A stretch of DNA of 58,780 nucleotides from Blastocladiella emersonii ATCC 22665 (taxonomy: Eukaryota; Fungi; Blastocladiomycota): positions 1-58,780 of the forward strand of contig JANHCV010000019.1 in assembly GCA_025594325.1 (NCBI GenBank), in the 5' to 3' direction. Positions within the stretch are counted from its first letter, which is position 1. Each line of letters begins with the position of its first letter. Both the position numbers and the translations under genes were made by a program. Positions 44,511-58,270 of this stretch are shown one piece after another. The notes below the pieces were generated by a model. The model did not search any database, was not told the origin of the DNA, and saw nothing but the letters and a program-made list of their open reading frames with translations.

Positions 44511-45769
44511 TTTCCTCACATTTTGTGTCCCCTTTGACGCAATGGAGACCAAGATTATCACCTTTTATTTTTTTTTATTGTTCTTCTTCTGCGCGTGATT
44601 TCAGCTGCAGGAAGCATCTGCTTACAACTATATGGCAATCACAAACGTGACTTCAACCTCTCATTTCCTCCCTTGCAGCTGTCACCAGAGTGGCTATAAC
44701 CTGTAGCTCTGGTCAACTCTTTAACTTCACGTACGTACATTCGATTCAGTCAGAAAAATATCTGGTAATGGTCTCAAGACTCACAAATCTGACTTGATAT
44801 TCTTAGCTGTGGCCGCTGGGTTTCTCCCACATAATTTAGCCTCAAACTGGGCGCGTGCAACGATGGCGCAACAACTGCAAGTAGGCGGTGCTGCTTGACA
44901 TCACGTTTGACCTGACCTGCTGGGCAATGATGTACGTGTGTGGCTGTCCACTTGGGCGGCCACCTCACAAACGATCTCATCATGCCTGCCCCGCTTTCAG
45001 AACCTACAACTGCAACATCATCCAGCCTCCTGCCCACTGTGCACTCTTGGCAACCTTAAGCCATGAGCCATGCGTTTTTTTTTTTTTTTTTTTTTTTGAT
45101 TTCCTCGCTTGTCCCGCAACCCAAAGATCTATACAAGATCTAGACAGATCTTGCTGTAGGTAGCAGGAACGTTATGGCGGATCCGTTTTGTCCACTCTCA
45201 CATCATAGCAGATCTCCTATAGATCTTTTGCCCCCCCCCCCCCTTCCCAACAATGTTATCACCTAGATCGTTGAGGACATGATCCCAGCTGTGACTGAAA
45301 GACTCCAATTCTCTTGTCCTGCCCTAGTGTATGATACGTCTCCAAAACACAAGCTTGAAGCCCCTCACATCATTTATTGACAGACGCCTACTGCTGAGAC
45401 AGGAGTGAGCAAGGCTCACTACACTAGTTTATGCTGGGTGGTAAGCAGACTTTGATACCCGCTCACCCAGCCGTTGAAAGGGGAAATTTACGCTTACAGT
45501 TCAAGTGCACACGCAACCATGTGGTTGGCTGCTGGACGCGCCACGCCGCTCACATGCGTACACGCTATTGCCTGCAACATCCTCATCACGCCGCGGGCTG
45601 ACTGCCTTGCTGGGATCGCCCGCCGGCTGCTCACCTCGGGTCGACGTACTCATGCGATTTTTTTCTTCCGTTCGGTATTCCAGTCGGCCCGCTTGGAGCG
45701 AGGGAAGAAGATAGATCACAACTTATATAATCACGCCCGGGGGGGTAACTCACATGAAGGAAAACATCT

Positions 45770-45841
45770 GGGGGTGTAGCTCAGTGGTAGAGCGCTCGCT
45801 TCGCATGCGAGAGGCCCCGAGTTCGATCCTCGGCTCCTCCA
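45770..45841 (+). tRNA. tRNA-Ala(CGC), mirror copy
   Basis: Mirror of 12940-13011. Confidence 0.93.
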
Positions 45842-46334
45842 TTTTCCCTCACGAACCCACCTGGCTCTGTCCTTTTTAAATCGTCTATGATTCTGCCCGT
45901 ATCTTCATGGGCTCAATCAACGTCGAGCGGCGCCGCGTTGTGAAGCACGTCGAGTCGACGCTTGATGCCATCAAGCTGCCCCTCCCTCATGCTTGTCCAC
46001 AGTGAGGCAAGCACAGGTAATAGTCGCGTCATCAACTCAATTCGCAACATGTTCGCCGCCAAGACCTGCAGCTTGTGGCTCAAGACCTACGCGCCAACCA
46101 GCGTAGCCGCAGCGCCCATTGGCAGCTCCACAATCCACGCCATGTACAGTATCAGAACTGCTGTCTCAGCAAACAAGCCAATGATGAGCCTTGTGATCAA
46201 GACCAAGCTTGAGGCGTCCTTCCGCCAGGTCCACTTCGTCCTCATGGACAAAATCTCTGTGGTTGGCGCTGGGCTCCTTGCCACCATGCACTTGCACTTT
46301 GACGCGCTGTACCCAAGCCATGACCTTTGTCCAT

Positions 46335-48820
46335 CATTGGGAAATTGGGGGTTAAGATCTCAAAGAGATCTAGCTAGATCTCTCATAGATCTTAGGGTTT
46401 TGAGGGCCAAAATAGCTGGGGAAGATCTACGTAGAAATCCACTGCAAACCTATGTTTTCTATAGATCTCACCATAGATCTATCCCTCCTGTCCAGCCGAG
46501 CTCGACTCCGTCAGGGCCAATAGATCTTCGCAACGAACGTAGATTCCCCGCCGCTGAGGAGATCTGTGAGATTTTCAAGCGATCTTCGCCAAGCGAGAGA
46601 TCTCAGCACACAACGGGAGAGTTCGATGAGTGAGAAACAGATCTGTATTCTGCATCAAATCTACGCGTCGTCGTCGTCGTCGCTATCCAGCGCTACTCCG
46701 TACGGACTCGCGCCTCGGGCACCCGCCGCTGAGGCTGCGGTCGCAGTGGCAGCGGCAGCGGCAGTGGACTTGGTGAACGACTGGCGCACGACCTCCTCCG
46801 TGTCATGCGGACAAACGGGTGAGCGGCCCGGCGACGCTCGATGCTTGCGACCAGCGAGTGGAAGTAGCTGCAGCGGAACATGTCGACATCCACAATGGGC
46901 GCCGCCGACCCCTGCACGTACGACTGGACCACGGGAGCAAACTACACAGACACGTTGGGGCGTGAGCTACGAAGCGAGTCAGGATTGTGCGCGACGCGTA
47001 CCAGCTCAATGAAGTACACCATGTCGACGAGCGTGCGATCAGGTGCGAGTCAATCCACAATGGCAAACAGGTGCGGCCCGGGCAGCTTTGCTACGTCAGC
47101 CAGTGGTGGCGTTAGCATGGGCGACCAGACACGCGAAAACACACGCACAACTTGGGGAGGGGGACAGGTCGCCTAGGGTGCGCGAGCGGGTGCCATGGGC
47201 AATCAGCTTGACAATGCCGCGGGCGTAGGTTCTATAGGCGGGGCGGTCCGGGTCAGATCGCTGGTCGGGAAGCAGCCCAAAGCGGACGATCGCAAACATA
47301 CGTTGTTGCCCTGCGGTTCCAGTCGAACGTGAGGTTGAGCAGCACCTCGGACTTGCGATTGCTGGGCGCCGTCGCCACGCGCGCGCCACGTTGTGCGGGA
47401 TCTCAATGGCGGCGACAATACGCGGCGCCATGAGCATGCGACCGCAGGCCGTCTCGAGCCCGAGGAAGGGTAGGACGGCAGGATCGACAAGAGCGTCCAC
47501 GTCGCCGACGCCAGCGAGGTTCAGAGAGTCCAGGGGGCGAAGGGTGGCGTCGGCCGGCTTGGGCGGGCAGTATCAGCCGCGGCGGGACCTGGACAGCGGG
47601 AGCACGAGAGAGGCGTCAGTGAGGGCAGACCGGTGCCGTCGTCAGCGGCGCAGCGCGATGCAGCAGTGGGTGGCGTTCGTGCGAGGTAACGAGGTGGCGA
47701 GGTGGCGCGCACACAACGGCGCAAGGAGGGTCTGGCTCGTACCCGGCGCAGGCCTTGGCGATGTGCTCGATGCAGTCCTGGAGCAAGTGCATGGAGTTGG
47801 ATGCGTCGTAGGGGAGTTGGGGGGAAGGACGGGTGGCGGGGGAGGAGAGAGGAAGTCGGCGGCGGCAAGGGTGGACGGTGGGCAGTGGCGACTGAGCGAA
47901 GGACTTTGCCCAAAACAAACGCCGCCTATCCTCACGTGCGCTTGACCGCCGCCTCGCTTGACAGCTTCGCCGCGTCGCGTTGGTCCATGCCTCCTCCCCT
48001 CTTGTCAAGCATACACAACGCAGGTCTGAAGATCTCATTACTGACACGCTGCAACTCCCTCGCCGCGTGGTTCCGTGGTCAAACGATCTCGAAACAGCTG
48101 CGGATCCTGGCCGTCGCTGCTCTGCCCGACCTGCTACGTGGTGAGATGCGCGAGCCGGAACTCGCTGATCCGTCCTGCAAGGTTGTTGGCGGCTCTACAA
48201 CATCGTGATTACGCCCGCTTACGACCTCGCTCCCGCTTGAAGGCACACTGGCAGGCACCCGCAACCTTGATTCCTGTCGTGCCTGTGCAGCTCTTCAACA
48301 GCTCCATTTTCACGTTCCTTGACGCCGATCCTGCACACCGCCTCGAGGGAATCGATGCCCCTGGCCCTCTCCCCTTCCCACTTCGTTGGTCACGCTGCAT
48401 GTGTGGTGCTCCCTGTTTGCTCACTTGAACCACGGTTCTCCCGACCCGCCTGTGCGACGAGCTGGTGCACGACTGAGAGATAGTCCAGTGAACTGCTTGA
48501 TTTATTCCAAACGCGACTATGGAGGACAAAGGCAGCGATGATTGGTGTTGTGATTTGACAGTCAAGGACGCGTCGCGCGAGTTTTGTCTCAAAGCCGTTC
48601 GCTGCGCGAGTGCAAGCGCTCGACTACTTCATAGATTTGTGGTCGAGCACGATAGATCACTCGTAGATCTATGTTGGGTGCCAAGATCTTCGCGAGCGGA
48701 ACCACTCCGGACTGGTCGAGCGGGGCTAGATTTCTGCAAGGCTAAGATCTTCGTAGATCACAGTGATCTAGGAAGATCTTCGTGATCCACCGCAGCGGGG
48801 TGACCCCCCATTTCCCAATG
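46335..48820. mobile_element. Mirror copy of the AT-TSD TIR element
   Basis: Mirror of 9961-12446. Confidence 0.85.
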
Positions 48821-49993
48821 ATTTGGTGGACTGCACGTCCTTGCGCTTGGTGACTGTTTTGTCCGGTTTGAGCCCATTGTGGCGCGCTTGCTCACACTCC
48901 CATCTGAGGAGCTGGCCAAACGCGCACCTTGGGCTTGGGTGGCTGTCACACATGATGGAGGCCCAATGCACTTTGATAGCAAGCCTTGGCCAAATAAAAG
49001 GAAGCGCACGTCAAAGCGCTAGGAGCTGCCAGCAGCCAGCAAAACCCAAACCAACGCCAACCTTGGTTGCAACCAGTGGCTTGCCTCAACTCTGCTGTCT
49101 TCCTTGTGCAGCAAAGGTGGCAGTCAGCAGCAAAGGTGGCAGTCAGGCGACACGGGATTCCTAAATGTGCTCCAGAACCTGCGCAACCGCAACATCTTGC
49201 AGCGCGTGGTTGGGTACCATTGCTTGTGTCAAGCTGACGTTGTGCTGGGCCAGCATCCAGAGCGGCTCAACAACTGGAGCAATTGTGTGCTCATCACAGT
49301 GCAGAACCGATGAGTACCGCAGGGGAACATGGCGCTGGTGGTGTTGATCCCACACGATTCCCAAGGTATCTGTATGATCCAAAAACGTGAGCTCTTGAGC
49401 TCACGTCTGCAGCGAGGGTGCAGCCACCTTTTGAGAGCAAAGGGAAACAAGTGGCAAGTCACCAGTTGCAGTTCGCGCCAAACAGACGTGATTGCAGCAG
49501 TGGCAAATGTGGCACAATTAGCGCTAGTTGCGCACGCGTGACCCGAGCATCACGCGCGCCGCGCAACAAGATCTTGGGTGCGTGGCGCAAGGAACACAAT
49601 GGCCGTCGCAAAACACGCGCATTAACTCAGTCATCATCTGGACAAAAGCTTTGACCTCGAGTGCATCGATTTTGTCTGCAAGCCCTTGATAACTTGATCA
49701 CTTCTTTGGCGGCAGCTTGTCATTGAGAGGAGCGGTCAGAGCAAAATCAAATGGCGCATGCTCGACCCTGCAAAACTGCTATCATCAAGCAAGACTAACT
49801 GACCACGTCCCCATCAAGTCTCAAGCTGCTCTTTAAGGCACGTAGTATTACGATACGGAACATCAACCCGCTGTATGTCACCGCAGTATATTGGCCAACC
49901 CCTCAATGCGTCAAATCACCAGCTATGCCTCGCTTCGCATTGTATAGTTGTGGGATTGTGAACGGCGTCATTGGACAAGCCAAAGACTTTTTT

Positions 49994-52334
49994 TCTCAGC
50001 AGTAGGCTGAGTTTCTGTCGAGCTGAATTCCGCGTCAAGCTGGGCTATCGATGAGCTCAAAATCGTGCTGTTTCTCACGTGATGCACCGCGACGCGTCGC
50101 GCCACGCGACTTCCTCGCGATCGAATTATCTTTTCCTCAATTTTCTCCAAATCCTCCAATAAAATTTACTCGGTCACTCTATGCAACTAGGTTGGCACCA
50201 CATATAGCATCATCCTGTGGAGTCCCGACCGATTTGGTCCACTTCTGCATTTTGCGCACTTCCCTACCCCCGTGTTGATCAAGATGATGAATTCACTTTT
50301 TGAACGTTCATCAGTTCGGATTTTCTTTTCTCTCTTGAGACGTTCCCGTGTCACCCACTCTGCGTGAGTTCTGAAGAAATCATGAGATCCTGTTCTCCGC
50401 TTCTCGTTCTCGCTGTGATTGCAGCTCAACTTAATACAAACCTCGTGGCTTCAACTAAGGCACTGCCCCCGAGAAATTCAGCCCCTCGACATGGTCGCGC
50501 GTATTGAGACCTCGCCAGATGTCCCTCTATCTCTACCAGTTCCTGTGCATGGTCACGAACGCGGAGGGCTCAGACGCAGCGGACAACACGACCAACGCGC
50601 AGCGCATCGGCGAGGACGGCGCGGCGGCAGTGAACAATGAACGCGAGCTCGAGCAGCAGGACGACGATAACGACGTCAAGTACATTACGTTCTCGAACCG
50701 CCCGATCACCAACAAGATCACGATCAGCGACCACTGCATGCACCGACCCAGCAGGCTCGAGTCACTCGCTGTACGACTTTGTCCGGAGCCCATCAAGGCC
50801 GCGACAAACCGCTCGCAGCAGTCCGTACCTGACGACGTGCCGACGACGGCAACGCGCCGCGCGCCAAGCGCGGTCGCCACGCCAAGCCGCGGTACAAGTT
50901 CCGCGAGACGCATCCTGCAGTTGGCAAGCTCAATGTGGCGATGCGCGCGACCAAGGTCGTTCCCGTGCCGCTGTTCAACAAGCAGGTCAGCCAGTCGTCC
51001 GACATTGGCAGCACCAAGTCGCGCGCGATGATCTCCATGATCTTGTTCAAGCCGTTCCGCACCACCAACGAAGTGGTACCGGCTCGCGGCACGTGGAAGG
51101 ACGCTTGATCTCTTTGAGAACATGCTCGAGTAGGGCAGCGACTGGCTCCGGTGAAACAACGACTTCCGCAACGACGTGAACACGTCGCCCAGCAAGCTGA
51201 TCGCCGATTCACAAACCAACAACAGCGCAACTCTCGAGCAAGTTGATCTCTGACGCGTCATCAAGCGGGTCGAGTCGGCGCTCGATGCCATCAAGCGCGG
51301 CGGCGCTGAAGTCGAGCAGCTCCTCATGCTTGTCCACGGCGAGGCGGGCACGGGTAGGAGCCGTGTCATCAACTCGATTCGCGACATGTTCGTTTTAAAG
51401 GGCCGCAATTCGTGGCTCAACATCTGTGCGCCAACGGGCGTAGCCGCAGCGCCGATTGGCGGCTCCACGATCCACGCCACGTGTGGTATTGATACCGCCG
51501 TCTCTGCGGCCAAGCCGATGAGCAACTTAGCCAAGGCCGAGCTCGAAGCCTCGTACCGCAAGGTCCAGGCTGTCCCCATCAACGAGATCTCCATGGTCGG
51601 CGCCGAGCTCTTTGCCGCCATGCACTTGCGCTTTGACGCGCTGTACCCGAGCTGTGACCATCGCCTGTTTGGCGGCCTTCACGTCCTCGCGTTTGGCGAC
51701 TTTTTCCACTTCGAGCCCATCATGGCGCGCTCGCTCACGGTTTCATCCGAGCAGCTGGTCAAAAGCGATCCAGAGCCCGAGGTGGACGCGGCTCATGATG
51801 GAGACTTGATGCAGGTCGACGGCGAGACTCGGCAGCAGTAGAAGAAGCACGCGTTGAAGCGCGAGGAGCGGCCAGCGGCCAGAAGAACTCAAACTGATGC
51901 CAACCTCGGTTGAGACCAGTGGCTCGCCTTCAACTCGGTCTTCTTCCTTGTCCAGCAGATGCGGCAGTCAGGCTATGCGGAGTTCCTCGACGTGCTCCAG
52001 GACCTGCGCAGCTACAACGCCTCGCAGCGTGCGATCGAATTCCTCGGCTCGCGCTGGGCAGACGTCGTGCTGGACCACCATCCAGAGCGGATTGACGACT
52101 GAAACGACCAGGTCCTCATCACGGCGCAGGACTCGGTGCGCGACGCGTGTAACTCAATGGCCGCCGCGAAACACGCGCGTCGCCTCGGACTCCATCCTGA
52201 TGCGATCGATCCTTTACCTCGATTGCATCGTAATCTCTATTCACCTTTGGGCGAGAACCAACTTCAAAGTTCGGGCAGCAAGCCGGACTAGTCGCCTACT
52301 GCTGAGACAGAGTGTGCAACGCACCCACCCCTAG
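49994..52334 (+). mobile_element. Mirror copy of Helitron A
   Basis: Mirror of 6447-8787. Confidence 0.85.
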
Positions 52335-55193
52335 TCCATCGACACGAATGGAGAAGTTGACGTTGTCATCATTTGGCCCAACAAGAATCTGGGCCGCATG
52401 TCTTGACAGCTGCTTTCCACTGCACCGCAAGATCACGCCGTCCCGTTTCAAAAACAAGGTGGCCAAGCTAACCAAGACAATCCATTCAGCCCAGTTCCCG
52501 CTCAAGCTTGCGTACGCGCTGACGGCGCATATAGCTTAAGAAATGACTCTCAACTAGGGTCATTGTTCACCTTGCCAACATGACGCACGGGTTGCTACTG
52601 TCGCGCTTCCTGTGCATGATCCTATCTTGTGTACGACGCGGTGATGATATCCTTATCTTGTGCGCACCGCCGTTTGATCTGTCGTGTAGCCCTCAAGATG
52701 CCCATGTTCGCGCCCATCGGTACCTTTGGCAACCCCTCCAAGGGCTTGCAGTTCGCTTCCAACATCAACCCGTTTGCCTCGGCCGCGGACCAGCAGCGCA
52801 ACGCGCCAGTGCGCGCGCTCAAAAACGGCCGCGCTATTGGCGCTGAGCGACCGAGACATTCAAGGCCTTAGTTGAACGCAAGGCTGACACTTCCTTGCCA
52901 AGTATGCCCATCTGCAAGACCTAACGGGGGAGGCAACCTTTACCTGTTTCTTGGCTCCCTATTTTATAGCGATTTCGACACGTCATTCTCTTTCCAGCTT
53001 AGGGTGTGAACTGGCATTGGAGCTCAGTCAACTTACTAGCCAGCCTAGTCGCCTACTGCTTGCTGAGTCAGAGTGTGCAACGCACGCACCCCTGGTGCAG
53101 CTCAATGGCGAATCTCAGCAGCAGCTATATATACCCTGCTGTCGTAGTCGTGCAAAGAGCGGATGTGCGCATCAGCGCGCACTGTCTGTTGGACTGGCGC
53201 CAACAATGCTCGCGAGCAGCCGCTTTCCTTTGACTACGTTAACGTCCAGCAGATGTGGCGGTGGAGCGACTTTGGCTTTCTCGTCGAGCGCAACTATTAC
53301 GTCTCGGAAAGCGTGGTTGAGTTCCACTGCTCCCGTCAAAAAAAAAAAAAAAAAAAACGTCAAAAAAAAAACGTTGAAAAAAACAACGTTGTCTTCGTCT
53401 GACATGGGCGCACTTCGAGGTCTGTCAGAGTGCTTAAACTCTGATCACGTCGCAGAGCTGGATACGCGAGTGGTGGAGCACAATGGCCATTGCGGACGCA
53501 AGTGCCTCCTCCATTCGGGCTCCAACTCTTTGAGAGCTTTGATTTCGATTGCGTTGATCTCGTCAACGTTGACCGCTTTCGTAGTAGAAATAGCTTTCGC
53601 GCTACTTGAGACTCTGGAAGGAAATCGAGCAGTCGCTCACGTCCAATGAATGAAACAAGGCCAACGGGCTGGGTATCATTATCACGCCCTCGTACATCAC
53701 GAGTCTGATCTCAGTAGCCTTGTGCGCGGAAAAGACAAGCATTGCACGTGCACGCACTGCGTTGGGAAGCGTTTGATGGTGCCCGCCTCTCATGGGCACA
53801 CAACAACAGGAAATATTGTAGCGCTCAATCGATTGTCGTATCGCTGAAGCGTTGCTGGCTGCGTGTGCGCGTATGTGAGCATCTCGCAGTGCATGGAGTC
53901 GTTCCAGAAGATGAAGGGCTGTCTATTTGGTCATATTCAGCTCCCGCCGCCACTTCCGCAGCCAACGCGCCAGAACACGAGAAACGGAAAGCGCGCAAAA
54001 GTCAAAAACAGCTTCACATGCACGGTTTTCCTGACGCATCGCGATTCGCGCTCACGAGTCCCGCTGTATTCGACGAGGGACGAGTCCTAGCACGATATCA
54101 GTCATAGCTGCAATTGAAGCCAGTCTCGTCTCACTCAGTCCACAAGGCGTCCGGTTTCTTGCATTGCCAGCCCATCACAAGCGCGCGCGTTGCATCCTGT
54201 CACCACACCATGGAAAGCTAGTTGAGCAGAGTCCCGCAAATCATACATCCGAACGGAGTCAGGGCTAAAGCCCTCTATGTTTGCACAGGCGACGCGCGCG
54301 CAGTGGGGTGCAATGGGTCTCCCGTACAGTCACGCCGTCCCGCACGTGTTTCACGCGATTCACGGGATATGACCAACGCGTCCGCGTCTCCCGCCCCCAA
54401 GCTCTCTAGCCTGCAGTCATCTCCTCGCAAGGTGAGTGTCGCTTTTATTTAACGACGCGATACGCGCGACGCGCCAAGTAAACGTGTCATGCAAGAAGAG
54501 TGGTGACAGGAGTGACGCGACGCGTCCAAGCGAGCGCTGCTCGCGTTGCGTCAAAGCTGGTCAATTCACCTTTCCGACTGTCCCCCCGGGCCGAGGCTTG
54601 TGCCCGGGCGGTATCATCATGTGAGCGGCGCCGGGGGGAAAGCCTGCACCGCGTCGCACGGGGGATTGGCTCACGTGGTGGCGTTTCAGCCACACAGTGG
54701 GGGCGGTCGGAAAGGTCTATTGAGTGTGGCGCAACGCGTTCCCACGGCTGCATCAGTAAACCCGTAGATGACGATCTTGGCTGAGAATGGGCGATATCGC
54801 TTGAGATCGCGCGATATCGACCTCCCGCCAGGGCCGCCGCGGACCCGCAATATTGGAGGATTTAGGTCGATATCAAGGTTCGATATCGTACGATATCATG
54901 CGATATGATAGCACGGAAAACCAGAGTTGCTATCGAGCGATGTAGCACTATCTAGGCCGATATCGGGGTGGGTTTGAGATCTTGCGAGATGACGCGACAT
55001 CGCGTCATATTGTGTGATATCGGAGTCAGCGAGCAGGGGTAAAAAAATACACATTATATACAGCTACAGGACAGGCAGTCCTGCTCGCACGTTGGAACCC
55101 AGCACGTCTAGACAGTGTGGTGGCGAGAGGCCAGCAGTGAGCGATGGCAGGCAGTAGTGTGCTGACTGCAGCAGCAAGGACGCGTACCTTGGC

Positions 55194-55911
55194 CTAGCAG
55201 ATGAATAGGTCAGACGGCGTGTTGAGTTTTTTGTTGATGTCGTAGGCACCGAGGCGCTTGTACGTGGCCGGAAGGTCGTTGCGGCACAGCTTTTCGTGGG
55301 CGAGGTGGTGAGCGTACGGCATGATCAGACCTGGACTCTTGCGCGTCTTATTGAACACGTACCTCTGCGTCACCCTCGTCGAGCTTGATCCCAGTCTCCT
55401 CGACGACGACAAGGGAGCTCGCTGCCTGCAGCGTGCGAGTCGGGACCAGATTGAGTGAGCGAGTCAGGGTACGACGAGCGCTGAGAAGTTGTACCATAAG
55501 GGCGACCGTGGCGCAGATCCCAACGCTCTTGTCGCCGACGTCGCGGAGATCCAGGTCCACTTCCTCGTTGATCGCCAGCATGGCACGGTTCCACTCGGGC
55601 TTGGTCACGACCATGCGCTTGAGCCCGTCGCCGCGCCAAACGTGGCCTAGAAGCAAGGTTGGAGGTCAGTCGCGGCGGGACGCGTGTCAGTCAAACCTGT
55701 GCGCCATACGCGTGTCCTTGGACGTAAACAGGTCGGCGCGCGCCACGAGGACAACCTCGGACTTGACATGCCCCACAAACTGTCCTCCTTCTTGAGTGTC
55801 GGCGGGTTAGCGACAGTGCACGGCTCGCTGGCGCGCGCACTGACTCAGCACGACGCGAATGCACCGTCACAGCGACGACATACCATGCCCTCGAAGGTGT
55901 CTGGCACGCAT
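55194..55911 (-). CDS. Mirror copy of the spliced hypothetical gene
   Basis: Mirror of 2870-3587. Confidence 0.5.
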
Positions 55912-58270
55912 AGAGGGGCGCTAGCCGTCCTATGCGTGCTCGGCGGGCGCGGATGCGACTTGAACACGACGGGCGACGTGGCGGCGGTGGCCGCACCGCG
56001 GGGTTGCTGACGTGGGCGGCGCGGAGCGAGCCGCGCGGGTTCACGGCGGTTCACGGCGGTTCACGGCGGTTCACTTCGGCTTCACCCGTCTATTCGGAGT
56101 CCCCCTGGTCTGGTTTCCCCCTCTAAAGAGAGGGCTTCCAGCCCTCCATTAAGCTGCTGCGCCTCCACCAGACGCACCTGTACCACCACCTCGCGAGCTG
56201 CACGAAATGCCGCAGCAAGGACAAGGACAAGGACAAGGACAGCGGTAGAAAAGTGTGCCGCTACGGTTTCCCGCGCGACTCTGTCCTCTTCTTGTACATT
56301 TCGGGTTTCGAGGGTGGGTACGGTTTTGAATGTTTTTTGGCCCATGAACAGCAGCTAACCAACGTTGAATTTTAGCTCCCCAAGCGCGACTGTCGACGCC
56401 ATCAAGTACACGTGACCGCGTTGCGCCACAGTCACCGGACGCGTGCGACCCCGCCCGCGTCACGCGCGTCACGCGCACCGCGCCGATCTCTTTTGTCATC
56501 GCCGCGGACCGCCTCACCTCACCGAGCGACGCGTCGGCCCGCTCACATCGGACGACGCGCCTCCGCATCCCCTCTCTCTCTTGTTCCTTTGACCAGTTGC
56601 TAGTATTAGCCACCACATACAGCCTGTTGTCCTCTCGTGAACCTCCTCACCGTCTCCTCTTGTGAACCTCTTCACCGTCCTCTCTTGTGAACCTCTTCAC
56701 CGCCTCAATCTTCATCTCCGCCAAGATCGCACGTCCATCGTGCCGAGCTTCCTCCCAGCCAAGTACGCTTCAACTACACCATGGACGTTGACGGCGACGC
56801 GACCGCGGCCTCGGTCAACGAAGCACCTGACGCGCGTCCGTCCACGTTGTCGACTTTGCCGCTGGGCACCCTTCATGTCGCAGCGCACAATGAGTTCACC
56901 AAGGTCGCTTTCGTCCACGGCATCACCGTCGCGAAAACTCACCTGCGAGTTTTGAGACTGTTCTGCCCAGCGGTGCACTTGAACGGAAGGTTGCGAGCAC
57001 AGGGGATGCCGAGAATGAGGCGCAAGGGATATATCAGTCCAAGCGGTATCGTGAGTGTTTGTGCGCCGCAGAGATGCTCGAGCATCAGTGTAGCAAGAAA
57101 CTTGATGATGATGAGGGGCGACTTCAAACGTCTCGCGCGACTTTCAGCAGGCTAGACCTCCCATGCGACCCGTCGCTCCAACGTGGCGGAGGGCGTAAGC
57201 CCTCAATTGAAGACCAGACGCAAAGCGTCTAGGTGGTTCAAAGTAAAGTTATGGGTGGAAGTACCGACAATCTTTCTTGCTCGACCAGCGTGGGAGGCTT
57301 CGAGAGCGTGTGATCGCTGAGCGGATAGTCACGTGTTATGAGCAACGCGTCGTCTTGGTTGATCCCCTCGACATGTGTGCGTGAAGAGAAGCACAATATA
57401 TTTCAGTGCACGGATTCAACGTAATCAAAGCTTCAAATTATTGCAACGGAACCGTGGCGTGACGTAGCTGTACTCGCAAGACAAAGTGAACGCTGATGTC
57501 GCTGCCCACGCGGAACACATCTCAGCCCATCGGGCCGATCAATGTGTAGTGTTTAAGGGAAAAGCGGGATTGTCTCAGACGCCATTATCATTCAATCTGC
57601 CACAATAGTCCTCAACTAACTCAGCTTCTGTCAGCGAGCAAGACCGTTGGCAATTCCAGCCGCGCTACCAATGACCGTGGGCCGATTCATGAACCCCTGC
57701 CATGGCTGCTGCATCGCGTGCTTGCGCGGATTGCGAGGGAAAAGCAACAACGTCACATTCCCGCTTTGTATATGTTTCCTTTGAAGCGCGCATCCATCAT
57801 TCGGCTGCCAAAATACGACCACGAGGAAGAGTAGTCGCGCGCCTTGCAACACAACGTTTCTGCAGTCGATTCCTTGGTCGCTCCGAGGTGTCAGACCTGG
57901 CCTTTCATGTCCCACGAACCCTCATTGGTGCACGCAGACAGCTTCGCGCCGCGCGGTGCCCATCGCCCTGTGTGGGCCGATCACTCGCTTGATCAGTATG
58001 TACTCGCAAGACATCTGTCTCGATGCGGCTCGCCGCACCCAAGGAGCTACTACTGCGCGACGCGCCCGTTTTGTAAGCTTATTAGAGAAGCAGAGCTACT
58101 CGTTCGCTCGCCCTTGCCGTGCACCCGCTCCCACTCAAACTCTGAGATCACACGCACCACAACAAGCGGGGAGAGAGACGCAATCAGACTCTAAGCCAAT
58201 ATCAGTGTATATATATCGACGTCATTCTCCTCACAACCAATCGTTCTCGCGTCTCGTTCTTCTCAAGCAA

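Larger units (their letters stand above)
45911..53095 (+). mobile_element. Mirror copy of Helitron B composite
   Basis: Mirror of 5686-12870. Confidence 0.8.
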